DNA from: Zancudomyces culisetae HAW-14-8
Lineage: Eukaryota > Fungi > Kickxellomycota
Direction of reading: 5' to 3'
Length of the DNA stretch: 64,000 bases
Assembly: GCA_052426225.1 (NCBI GenBank)
Contig: JBNJNM010000011.1
Span: 2,666,001 to 2,730,000 of the forward strand
In this document: positions 23,874 through 35,388 of the stretch, piece after piece
Layout of the letters: every line of letters begins with the position of its first letter
Position numbering within the stretch: the stretch's first letter is position 1
Notes under the pieces: generated by a model
Databases searched by the model: none
Told to the model about the DNA's origin: nothing
The model's input: only the letters and a program-made list of their open reading frames with translations
Made by a program: the position numbers and the translations under genes

Positions 23874-25360
23874 CTAATCTTGCTTTTCAAAATACTTGAT
23901 CCACCATCTCAGCACTCGTTCAAAATATCCGGCTTGTGTACATGTATCATTATGGTTACCTTCTGGGAAAGAATGAAACTCTACCTCATTTTCGCTATAT
24001 GCTAGAGCAACGTTGTAAAGTTTTGTCATGTGGATTGGAGGAACCAACTCGTCTTTTCCACCTGCCAAAAATAAAATGGGTATCTTTTTGATTGATTTTA
24101 TCTGTTCTTTTGAGTTCCATTTTTCACACACCATGAATTTGAAGGTTCGTAAATACGGCATTAGTGAGGAAAAGATGTCAGGCTAAAGTGTACATATTAA
24201 GAATGAAAACTCGAACAATGTATTAAAAAGATAACATGATGAATGTGTTAACTTACGAGACTAGTAAAAGTGTTTTCCAATATCAAGCCACTGACCTAGA
24301 GAAAAAAACCAGAAGATGAATAACTAATTGTCTAGAATAGATTGGAAGTGATTTAATTCATATTGCATAAAATAAGAACTTACTTCACTCTGGTATCGAG
24401 CTGCTGTATCAATAGCGACTGCGCCACCAATAGATTGTCCGTATAATATGAATTTCGACTCTGAGACCAAGGGATGGCTTCTCAGGTATTGAATTGCTGC
24501 ATCAACATCCTTTTTTATCCCATCTTCGCTAGCCTTTCCCTCGCTTAGTCCGTACCTTTTGAGTTTGGAATCAAGAAACCATTAAAAAAAATTATATTTT
24601 CACTCTTTACTTCAACCCATTCCCCTACTCACTACCCAAAAACACCTCCTTTTTCCCGCGTAACCATACATCTCCAAGAATGGAATGGAAAGGGATGTCA
24701 ATATTCATTCTAAAATTGTTGCATGTATTTTATATTATTGATTTAGCTGCTTACCCCCGATATGATAACATAAAAATGTTGCATTTTAAAGTCTCGTAGA
24801 ATGCTTTTGCAATCGGCAGTCGATGGCCCTGAGTGGTTACAAAACGATTAAACACGTTAGGTTATGTACAACCAGTTGTAGTTATTAATTGGAAAAGATA
24901 ATTTTGGCGTAGTAGTGCCAACCACGAAAATCTAATGTACTGGACATATAAAACAAATAAATAGATAACAGTAAGCTTACCATATTTCCGGCATTTGCAT
25001 GTAAATATACAAGCGTGTGTGCCTTTTTAGATTCGCCGGGCGATTCCCTGGTTATCAAATAACCTCTTATAGTTACCCCATCGTCAGTTTTGATTTTTAC
25101 ATCTTCAAAATGCGGCATGTTATATCTTGTTGGTAAATCAACCTACAAAGAAACAAGTGTTGGAAATATAGTACATACATATATAAATGAAGTATATATT
25201 TATTTTTTTCAATAATAATTTAAGCAAAGATGATTACATTTTCTCTAGATTTTTCGGGAACATTCGAAGGATAAATCAAATCACGCTGGAAGTACCATAA
25301 AGCAATTAGAGAACAAATGCTGACTGTTACTGCCATCCCACCTAAAACCTTGAATACCAT
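23874..25360 (-). CDS. BEM46: Alpha/beta hydrolase Bem46/ABHD13 (6 exons)
   Basis: Exons 25360-25238, 25142-24981, 24828-24755, 24555-24384, 24295-24257 and 24182-23874 splice in frame. Motifs HANAGNMGHRL, SYRGYGLSEG, nucleophile GQSIGG, ENTFTS, DELVP, HNDT. Confidence 0.93.
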
Positions 25361-26131
25361 TGGAAGTGTGTATACAAATGTTAATAGATACGTGTGTGCT
25401 CTTTTATAAAGCGCAATCAGCATATATATCATTTTTGGTACTTGTATGTTTTAGAAGAAAAGGAATTCCTATATATAAAAACAAGCTTTAAAGAAAAGGT
25501 AGCTCTAAATACAGTGACTGGTAAAGACGTCCTAAAGTCTGAAACAAAACAAAACAAAACAAAGCAAAACAAACTTGTATTCGAGTCTTCCATTCCCCAC
25601 GCAAATCCACAGTTTATTTTTTTTTTGCGGCTAATTTTCCATCTTGAAATTGGCGTCTAATTTTTTTAGAGCTCTACTGCTTTCTAACTCCAAGCAACGA
25701 GTGTAGTGATGGATCAAGTGCACTTCATTATTGTATTTCAGGGTTATGAGTACACATCCACTCTGATACTTAAAATGCAGCATATTTTATTTAAAAGCAA
25801 AGAAAACCAAAAGTGTATAGCCCCAATTATGGCCCTTATGGTCAATATAGGCTGTCTTATGGTATAGAGTGGACACAAGTCTCATTATCTGAACAAAAAT
25901 GTGCACTTTACTAATATGTCACTGCACAGTTATACGTCAAAAACACGCCATCATCCGCCTTACTGGTGAAATTCGGCAGGAAAAATAAAAAACACGCTTT
26001 CATTTACGAAAGCAAGTTTAATCTTAGTTTAACTTTAGTTTCGCCTTAGTTTACTAGATATAGCCGGTTGTTTGCGTTAACCTTTAGGACAGAATGTATT
26101 CACATAACAACAGAAGTATAACACCTCCCCT

Positions 26132-26160
26132 CCCCCCCCCCCCCCCCCCACACACACACA
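26132..26160. repeat. C18 homopolymer followed by (CA)n
   Basis: Run of C at 26132-26149 then CA repeats, about 200 nt downstream of the NTH1 stop. Confidence 0.9.
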
Positions 26161-26359
26161 TATACATACACGCCATCGCGCACGACACCATTTTGTTAAA
26201 AGGCGTAGATGAAATCTCATAAAATTCCATTAATTTGATACATCATAATAAAAAAAGTCACAAAAGACACTAAAACTAGTTATCAACATAAACAGTATAC
26301 ATAAAAAATAAAATTAAAAATAAAAAACAAATAAATGCAGTATATATCCTCGTACACTC

Positions 26360-28480
26360 TTATACAGATGTCGGTCTGCCATCACCAATGGATTTAAAAA
26401 GCTCATCCGGAGGTATCAAGCTACCTAGCGCTCGCCTCATGTGTCTGGTAACAAATTGCAATCCAATTTCAAAACTGCTATTCATCCATCCAAATCCTTC
26501 GGTGGCGACAAGTTTAAAATCAACTCCAACATTGCCATACTCAACATTAACAAGATGGCTCATTTCAACAACATCAAACTTTTCAGGAACGACACCGTGG
26601 AAATCGACAAAGCTTTTTGTGATCGTATAAAGCCAGCGGTAGGCTAGTTTTGCAGCCAGCTCATGATGGTTGTACTTACACAATCCATACCAGGCCATAA
26701 TTTGGTGTGGTGCCCAGCCAAAAGGATAGTCCCATTGTCTGTTTGGTCTATCCAAGCTGATTTCTCCCCGCGAAGCAAGGGTTCCAGAAACCAGACCACC
26801 CTCTACAACGAATTTGTCGAGTGCATTTTCAACAATTAGTCGTGTTTGCTCAGAGGAGCTCATGCCAGACCATAGTGGCCAAAGGGTGGTTACCGATTCG
26901 TATTCAGATTGACACTTTTGTTTGATATCGTAATCAAAGTACATTGATTTTTCAGGGTTCCATAAATACCTGTTTACACACTTCTTTCTTTTTTTCGAAT
27001 AATTGCACCAAGTATCAAAAGTTTCTTGAACACCCTCGAAAACGAAATTATCATCAAATTGTGTCAAAATGATGTTTGCTATGTCTACCTCGTATTTATA
27101 CAGCAACGAGTTCAAATCAACGGTAGCCAGATTCGCACATCTCTTATCCAACCTATAGGTTGTATCATGTCCTGATTCCCGAACTGCCCTGTCGTGAACA
27201 AAATACTCGTCTAGTAGCGGTTCTACCACCTCTCCACTCTGATATTTCTCAGCATACTCGCTGATGGAGATCGACAAAGCATCTGCAAATGGTTTGATGA
27301 CATGATCATAATGCGCAGCTTCAGTTTCTGGAGGCATCCCAATCCCAGTTGTGTGATAACAACTTAAACCAGTAGCAGGATCAAACCTCGGAGCACTCAT
27401 CCATACCGTTCTGTATTCAATTATTGCACTCCCTAATGCTCTCCTGAGCCACTCTTTGCTTTCCTGGGTTTTTGGTAATCGCTCATACACTTTTAACACC
27501 ATGTCCGTTAAGAATGGAGGTTGTGAGCGCGTTAAATAATATGATCTATTTGCATTTAGTATCTTTCCATAGTGCTCAATTTCGTATAAAAAATGTTCGA
27601 CCATGTTTTTGGCGAGTTCTACACGGCCGTCTATAAGCAGACCAAGAGCTATAAAATAAGAGTCCCACCCATACATTTCATTGAACCTTCCCCCAGGGAC
27701 TACATAGGGGAGAGGATCATAGGTTCGCTTGTTTGGTCCGTATTTTCCACTTCCATCTGGTCCCACCTGTCCTGCAAGTGTTAATAACCCAAATTTTTTA
27801 TCCAACCCTTTTACATACTCGGGTGTAATTTCCTTTGGTAGCTTTACCACTTTTAGATCCAGTCTAGGGATTTCTTGCGACATTGATAGGTAATAGTCGT
27901 ATGCATCCAAGTCATTATATGGGACATATATGATTGTTTCTACATTCGTAGATCTGTCCTTAGCATCAGACGCAATCCTTTCTATTCCCATATGGTCCAT
28001 TTTCCTAATTAACCCATCCCAGAACTCCGTTCTTATCATTCTTATGAGTCTATCAACTGGGTTTTCGCTCAATCTCTCCATGTCTATGGTAATTACCTTA
28101 TGACCCAATCTTTGCGCAAGTGCCATTTCTTGCAATAAATTTGATAGCATGTAGGTTCCCCTGATGTCAACCTTATTATACCCTCCGCTACCAAGAGTTG
28201 GTACACGTATTACCTTTGGGCCCATATCCTTTATCGTTATTTTAAAATCGTTATCTGTATCCTCCTGCTCTAGTATCAACTTCTCCGTTTTTTCAATATC
28301 TACCAAAACCTTCCTATTATGGAGCGAACGCTCGTCGATCGCTCTTCTCTGTCGCACATGTTTGTTATCCGGAAATTCGGATTTACTTCTTTCAAAGCTG
28401 TCTAAGATTGGTTGAATTTGCAATCTTTTTTTATAGTACTCCTTTGCGGGTAGGTACATTTCTGACCTGTTATCAGTCAT
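26360..28480 (-). CDS. NTH1: Neutral trehalase (GH37 with Ca-binding domain)
   Basis: EDTDNDFKITIKD Ca-binding motif, VVPGGRFNEMYGWDSYF, NANRSYYLTRSQPPFL, RESGHD, QWDYPFGWAPHQ, EGFGWMN. Confidence 0.97.
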   Translation of the reverse strand: MTDNRSEMYLPAKEYYKKRLQIQPILDSFERSKSEFPDNKHVRQRRAIDERSLHNRKVLVDIEKTEKLILEQEDTDNDFKITIKDMGPKVIRVPTLGSGGYNKVDIRGTYMLSNLLQEMALAQRLGHKVITIDMERLSENPVDRLIRMIRTEFWDGLIRKMDHMGIERIASDAKDRSTNVETIIYVPYNDLDAYDYYLSMSQEIPRLDLKVVKLPKEITPEYVKGLDKKFGLLTLAGQVGPDGSGKYGPNKRTYDPLPYVVPGGRFNEMYGWDSYFIALGLLIDGRVELAKNMVEHFLYEIEHYGKILNANRSYYLTRSQPPFLTDMVLKVYERLPKTQESKEWLRRALGSAIIEYRTVWMSAPRFDPATGLSCYHTTGIGMPPETEAAHYDHVIKPFADALSISISEYAEKYQSGEVVEPLLDEYFVHDRAVRESGHDTTYRLDKRCANLATVDLNSLLYKYEVDIANIILTQFDDNFVFEGVQETFDTWCNYSKKRKKCVNRYLWNPEKSMYFDYDIKQKCQSEYESVTTLWPLWSGMSSSEQTRLIVENALDKFVVEGGLVSGTLASRGEISLDRPNRQWDYPFGWAPHQIMAWYGLCKYNHHELAAKLAYRWLYTITKSFVDFHGVVPEKFDVVEMSHLVNVEYGNVGVDFKLVATEGFGWMNSSFEIGLQFVTRHMRRALGSLIPPDELFKSIGDGRPTSV

Positions 28481-30379
28481 TTTCTTCTGTGTTAAAATTT
28501 TTCTTTAGGTTTTTTGTAGTACTCTCTCTCTCTCTCTATTTACCTATCTGTCTACTTATTTGCGTATTAGTTTAAAGATCTATTACTAAAAAATAGTTTT
28601 GTTATAATTGAATAGCAGAAAATATGGTTGTGTAAAAAGTGGTTTGTAAACCTTCCACGAGATATATATACATAAACTGCCTATTTCCAAGCAGAAAACT
28701 TTCTCTTTTTTAGAAAAGTGGCTTTAATCGGGAAAGAGACTATGAACTACCTCTAAACGCTCTGTATTGTGTAAATGTATTGTAAAAGCATAAAAGACCA
28801 ACATTAAATGAACATAACTAAGTGCAAAGTAGGAACGAAGTCGTCTTTTATATTTGTTTGAATTTCGCGTGATCCGCTTTGGAAAGGAAAAATGAGGCCT
28901 AACATCACCAACACTGGTTGATTAAAATCCTATTTTTAATTAAAACTAATATTTTGTGCTTACAGGCTCTAATTTCACATTCTGATACTCTCGGCTATTA
29001 ACAACGAGGACTGATTTGATAGTTGGAAATGATGGGGTACTCACATTTTCCTGCTCCGATATTATCCATAAACAAGCATCCTGAACAAAAACGCATAATT
29101 GGATAAAATCACATTCACCTCCCTCCCAACCAAACGGGGGTTTTTTTGCTAAAACAACGCACAAGCACCACTTACTCGCTCATTTCATCAATTTTTCTTC
29201 TTCTTTCACCAATCATTGCAGTTCAAAGAGAGAATTTGAAATAGGAAAATAACCTCTCCCCTGTCCAAAAAAAAGTGGAGACATTTCAATTTTTATAATA
29301 GTAAACTTGGTCAAAGAAGGAAAGGGATGGGAACGAAAAGAGAAGGGAAAAAGGAATGGGATGCCTTGAAAATAAACTGCTGTGAAACAAAAAAAACAAG
29401 TGCCTCTAAGCAAAAGATGACTGGTTAAAATCCCCTGAATCAAGTGCATACATCAGAAATATTTGTGCAAGTATTCGAATGTTTTAACCATTTAGTAAGG
29501 GAAACAAATGTATCGTGTATTATATCGGGCATTTGTATTGTATTTGAAGTGGTTATAGCGAACTATCCGTATTTTATTCTCTTTGGAATATTATCCATGG
29601 AAATGAAACAAATTATATAGTCTCTTGATAGCTGCATTACAGGTAAACAATACTAATAAATACCTGCCGGAATAAAAACCCCAACTGCTTGTGGTCATGA
29701 TTGCTGGTTTACACTAATTGTTTAAAATTAGTAACTTGGCATAAACGAGTCATTTCAGCATATCTGCAATAAATGAAAAGTGGTTATGGGGATGTTAATA
29801 AATGATAATTTTCATCTGGTACAAGCTGAATAGCGGTACAGTTAGCTTATTACCATTATTATCGCCACCACTATTGTCATCCTTTGATACCACTGAGTGT
29901 AACCCTTCCTTTTCCACAGAAATGACAATACACAAGAAAAAAGCGATTATAAAAAATATTGATCAAGATATTAACAGACAAAAAAATTAGAGGTGGACAA
30001 GCGTCAAAGATGTCGCAATTTGCATCAAAAATTGCTAGTCGAAAAACTAGGGCAATGAAAATTTTTTTGAAACAAACCTTGCAACAAAAGTATCCAAGTA
30101 CAAGTAAAAATACATAAAAAGCTCATGAGAACGCAAAAAGCAAAAAGTGTGAAATGGGGACTCAAGTGTATCTTTCGGTTGGCAAAACAAGTTTATATAT
30201 AAATCATACCTGTAACCGCTCTGATAGCGAAAGCTTGAAATGAAGAGGTTTTATAAATTTATAAACACATAAATTAGTCTAAATATAAATCAGGCATAAA
30301 CGGAAAGAAATGCAAAATGGATTCCAGGAAAGAGCAAGCTATTGATGCTCTAATGTGTAAAAATGCGGTGCGGTTTGTT

Positions 30380-31663
30380 CTATATTTGGGCTAGAGAACT
30401 CTGCTCAGATGCTGATGTTGATTCATGTTCGACGATGGCAAGAACAGGTGCGGCCAAGCTGGGATCTACAAACAAGGCGCCAGAAAGAGCACCGAGTACT
30501 GTTCGGGTGAACACAAACAGCCATATTAAAAATAGACAAACTGTGTAGATCGAACCGAGGACCTTAAAGAATGGAGCGCCTAGTATCTTTCCAAGAGCAT
30601 TTGTTGCCGAGATATAAACACCCAGGGGAAAAGTGAACGCCCACCAACCCATGTTGAATCTCACTACATGTTTTATCATTCCATAGCATGTTTGGGCACA
30701 GGCCTGGACTAGCCAGAACAAACCAAAGCCCCACATTATAGCGCCGATTATCAAACCGAGACCTTCAGCTATGGGTCCAAACATAGTGAGTTCAGGGTAA
30801 ACAGTGGGAAATATTTTGGCTGCGACGGTTCCGAGTGTCATAATTCCGAAGGCACCCTGGCCCAAGGGACCAAGAGGCAGGTAGACGCTGATAAGTAGTT
30901 CGGGTGGTGGTAAGGAGTGGAAGGCCAAACGAGAAAAGTACACACTAATTATGCATACAGCCAGCGGAACGCCCATTCCCCAGATGACATATGATGATAT
31001 GACAACTAGATTGGCTAGGTTTTCGTCGAGGACTCCAGCTACAACTCCACCTGAAGCTGCTGTAACTACTGCTGGTACTATTGGAAGTAGCCATACAGCC
31101 AACATTTTTTCCATACTGTGTGTCTGCTTAGTAGCCCTAGTAAATTGATATTTGCGAGTATATTGGTTAAGTTTAGACTTCAATTAGGAAATACAACATA
31201 AATCGATAAATCGACCTCGACACTTTATGACTTACATGAAAAACGGAACTACCAGGACACTAAAGGCCATAAGAAATACGTCAACCCACCAAAGCACGAA
31301 AGCTGTGTGAGGAGCCCAGGGATATTTGTCGCTTGGAAGCATCAACGCGAAGCTGTTGACGATGGTTGCAAAACCCATGGGAATAGCGCCGATGAACATA
31401 CTTATGACGGGATGTGAGAGTGTTTTTATGAAGGTGTGAGGGTATAATATATATTTTAGCATTAATATTATACTAAATATAAGGAACAAGATACAATTTA
31501 GTATAAACAGCACGATTCCTATTTCATGGCAGCCGGTGAACTGGTATGGAAATGTGTATACTAGAACCCCTGTGATTCCAGTACCCATGTTGATTGTAAA
31601 CCAATTTGGAGTAAACAACCGGATTATATCGCTATTTCTATCCAGTTTCTTCATTATAGCCAT
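30380..31663 (-). CDS. TDT/SLAC1-family dicarboxylate (malate) permease or sulfite efflux pump, Mae1/Ssu1-like (2 exons)
   Basis: Exons 31663-31236 and 31136-30380. Motifs FTPNWFTINMGTG, WLLPIVP, LPLGPLGQG, FNMGWWAFTFPLG. Confidence 0.92.
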
Positions 31664-33187
31664 AGTCAAACTTTGTTTTTCTTTCTATGCCTTGGTGTGT
31701 CAATGAGAGCAATGTGTCTCTTTAATCTTTGTTTCTTAAGAGTTTTTGAAATCAAGATTGGAAATGTTGAATTCAATTCTGGCTCGCTAAAGTACTTTTA
31801 AAGACACCTATGTTTTCTACGGCTCCTATATCTTCATCCCTCACCTAGAAGCCAATTTCACCCAGTCCTGCTGAAAAAAAATTTTCTCGATATTTTTTTC
31901 TGTAAATGAGCAATTGAATTTCTATTACATAATTTGGTTGAGAAAAGAAATCATTGGGAAATATTTATAAGACGAAATAAATCATCGGAAAAAAAGGGGG
32001 TTTTAAATAGAAAAAAGTGAGATCACAGGGTTATCTCCTATCGTATGTTTGGCAGGGGTTGGGCTTTTTTTTTGCCCGTACCCGGGATTGTTGCCTCGTA
32101 TGCTTGCATCTTGTTTATTTCATCAATTAGAAAAATAGGGATTGTTTGAGTTTTTGGAGTGGGAATAAATAAAAAGTGAAATCCTGAAACATTACTCAAT
32201 CAGAGATTTACCTGATACAATGTGAACGTATGGCTGGAATTCCATGAATTTTTGTTTATATATTTTTACCACTGAATTTGGTGTCAGATTATAAACGTAT
32301 AGCATTTGACCAGAAAAAAAAGACAGAAGGGAGTCTAGGACCATAAGAAAATACAGCAGTTGTGGATGGTGGTGGGTAGACTGTACTGGATATTCAAGTA
32401 CGTTTCTATGAAATATAATAAAGATGACCATCTCTAGTTTTTATTATAGAAAATTAGCGTTTGGGCATGGATGGTTCATTTTTTTGTTTCAATTCACGCT
32501 CTAATAACATAGAGAATAAATTATCCAGATACTCGGAATGGTTAGAATACGATAGATGTAATAAAGAGCATTAACAGCTCTGTAGGCAGATATTATCGCT
32601 TATATAAAAGGCAATATATGTATATAGCAATACATGACAAAAAATATTTGGAAAATATCCATTGTATTCACCAAGTTTTGCTAAACCTTGAATAATACAC
32701 GTGACCACGTTTGACTGTGGTAATCTACCATGATATTCATACATTGTAAACACAATATATAGTACCCAAATACCATCTCAAATATATTCACATCAACCAT
32801 AAAGTGAATGTGTAGTCGCGATAAGTAGAAACACTTTTGAAACTCAAAAAATAACGGTGTGTGACTTGAAATCCTTCTTATTCCAAATGCAAGAAAAATA
32901 ATAACAAGAGTAAAAGAAAACACAAAAATCAAATAATAATAAAAGCTAAAAGAGCAAAAGAATAAAAGTAAACCTGGATCAAGGCATAAACACCGGTGAA
33001 CATTACCACCGGTACACATAATCCCCGTTCAAATCACAAAAAGTTGAGGCGTTTACACTCACTCTCTTCCTCTTCATCCCATTTTTTGTTGCTCTTTTTC
33101 TTTATATTTTGATCCATGTCCACTGTACACTTATACTACTTCTCGCACAGCACCCAAGAAAGATAAAAGAAAAGGTGTCGACAAAAA

Positions 33188-33553
33188 TTAGACGTCGGCG
33201 ATGATGACATCGACATCAACTCCTGGCTCGATAGCAATGGAGGTGATTTGTTTGACGATTTCGGCAGGTGAGTGCAAATCGATCAATCTCTTGTGGATTC
33301 TCATTTCAAATCTGTCCCAGGTCTTTGAACCTTCACCGTTTGGTGTCTTTCTGGTGGTGATGCGCAAGAATCTGGTTGGAAGACGTACTGGACCCTTTAC
33401 CTTAAGGTTCTTGTCCTTGGCTCTGGTGACCAAGTCTGAGCATACCTTTTCGAGGGCCTTTACCTTGGTGCTGGTAAGAGTAATTCTGATTCTGTGAACC
33501 TTAACATCTGCGGACTCCTCGATATCAGGCTTGACGTTAGCGACTTGAGACAT
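33188..33553 (-). CDS. RPS20: 40S ribosomal protein S20 (uS10)
   Basis: HRIRITLTS...KGPVRLPT...[27 protein letters not shown]. Confidence 0.99.
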   Translation of the reverse strand: MSQVANVKPDIEESADVKVHRIRITLTSTKVKALEKVCSDLVTRAKDKNLKVKGPVRLPTRFLRITTRKTPNGEGSKTWDRFEMRIHKRLIDLHSPAEIVKQITSIAIEPGVDVDVIIADV

Positions 33554-35388
33554 CTTTATATTTGTTTTAGTTTGTTGTTTGGTTTGTGTGTAGAGAACGG
33601 ATTTCCTCGAACGTACTTTAAGACTGTTAGTATCTGGATAAAAGGTGTCTCAGCGGTGACTAAACTATACCCTTATTTCTTTAACTTTTGCTATTATAAA
33701 AGAAAAAAAGTTTAAAGGCCTGTGTTATTCATATATATTAATGTTTGTGGTTTACGATTTTCATTTTTTTTTGCTTTTAGCAATGGAAAAAAAATTTTTT
33801 TTCTTCAATTGAACAACTATGGTCAATAATTGGATGAAAATGGGTTTGAAAAATTGGGAAAAGACAAGGGTTGGTTTGTATGAGGTTGAACAAGGGTGAA
33901 AAATTGCAATATGGTATTTTAGAAAAAATAGGGTATAGAATTAGAATTAAAAAAAATTTTTTCTTGTTGCTTAATTTACGTTTAAATACTTAGGATTGGA
34001 TAATTGGTAGAACTAAGAATTTGCAGGCAATAGGCTCTAAAAAATTGTAAGGGTGAAAGAAATAACTAATAAGTAAACAAAGAGAAAAAGGAAAAGAAAA
34101 ATGGCGCTTTTTTCTTATTACAGCTAGCTACAAAATATAGCCAATAAAAATCTGAAAAATGAAAAGCTCATATAGAAAAAGTTATATTCTTTGTTTTCAA
34201 GGCAGATCGATTAAATGATTGTATTGAGAGATGATGGAAAGCCTGGCAAGACATATCTTTAAAGGGATATAATGCTATTTAATGGTTATCGAGAGAGAAA
34301 GAGAATGAAGGTGAAGGTGAAGGTAAAGGTGTATGATGGAAAATCATCTTGTATGAAAAGTATGGAGACAAGGCGAGAACCGCTCCTTTTTTTCTATTGT
34401 TTTGTCTCAAGAGTTAGTATAGTGATTTTTCATGCTATTTGGATGCTAATGAATATGACGATCGTATTGAAGAGTAGAAAAAGGGTAATGAGTATTAGAA
34501 TATGGGAAACATAGTGAATAAATGGACAAAGTTCGCAACAAAATAAAAATGAAATATTAGTGCTCATAAAGACCAATAAAGAATAAAGAATGTAGATTGT
34601 AAAACTATTTGTAATTAAATGCTGAGTTGGGTTATAATACACTTGTGCGTGGGCACGGGGAGTAATATATGTTAATGATTTCCATAGAAAAGAAAGGTGG
34701 GTGTGTGGACATTATAACAAAGTAGTTCATAAAGTTTATTATACTACAACACAGCACTCGATAAAGTTGGAATAAAACAATAAAAAGTCCGCTTTCTTGA
34801 AAATGTTGTCGCACCACATTTGTAGATTAAAATATTTTGTGTGTTATTGGATTTTTATAGTTTACAAAGGTAATTTAGTAAAATATAGGTAAAGTAAAAG
34901 ATCAGATTTTTTATTTTTTGTTTTTTGGGAAAAGTAGAGTTGCAAACAACATGCTAACGTTAATAGTAAGACAAAAACGTAGAGTGGGCTTGAACAAAGA
35001 TGTAAAAATATAAAATGTATAATAAATGGTATCGTTTGTGTTTGTATAACCAACACTAATAAATCGCTAGTCTTGAATCTTGTTATCATGAATCATCTTG
35101 TATCCACCTCATATATCAGGTTGATTTTCAATGGAGATATTCCACGAATTTAATGATGATTATATTCTAGCTTTGAAAACTAATTTGGCGAATTTCGACA
35201 AGTGTAGTATAAATTAACGCAAAAATGCATAGATTATTCGGGATATGAAAAGTAAACAAAGCTAAAAATTGAAAAATTGAAAAATTAAAAATTAAAAGTT
35301 AAAAAAAAGTAAATAAAAACTCGCGAAATAGTGACAATAACCAAAAAAAAAAGAAAAAAAAGAGGAATCGTACAAGCCAAAGACCATC

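Noticed and set aside
32192-33019. Short minus-strand ORFs between the permease and RPS20
   Set aside because: No recognisable domain and no consistent splice model; treated as non-coding.
35199-35210. CAAGTGTAGTAT matching the U2 snRNA branch-recognition region
   Set aside because: Flanking U2 sequence and stems are absent; likely a chance match.
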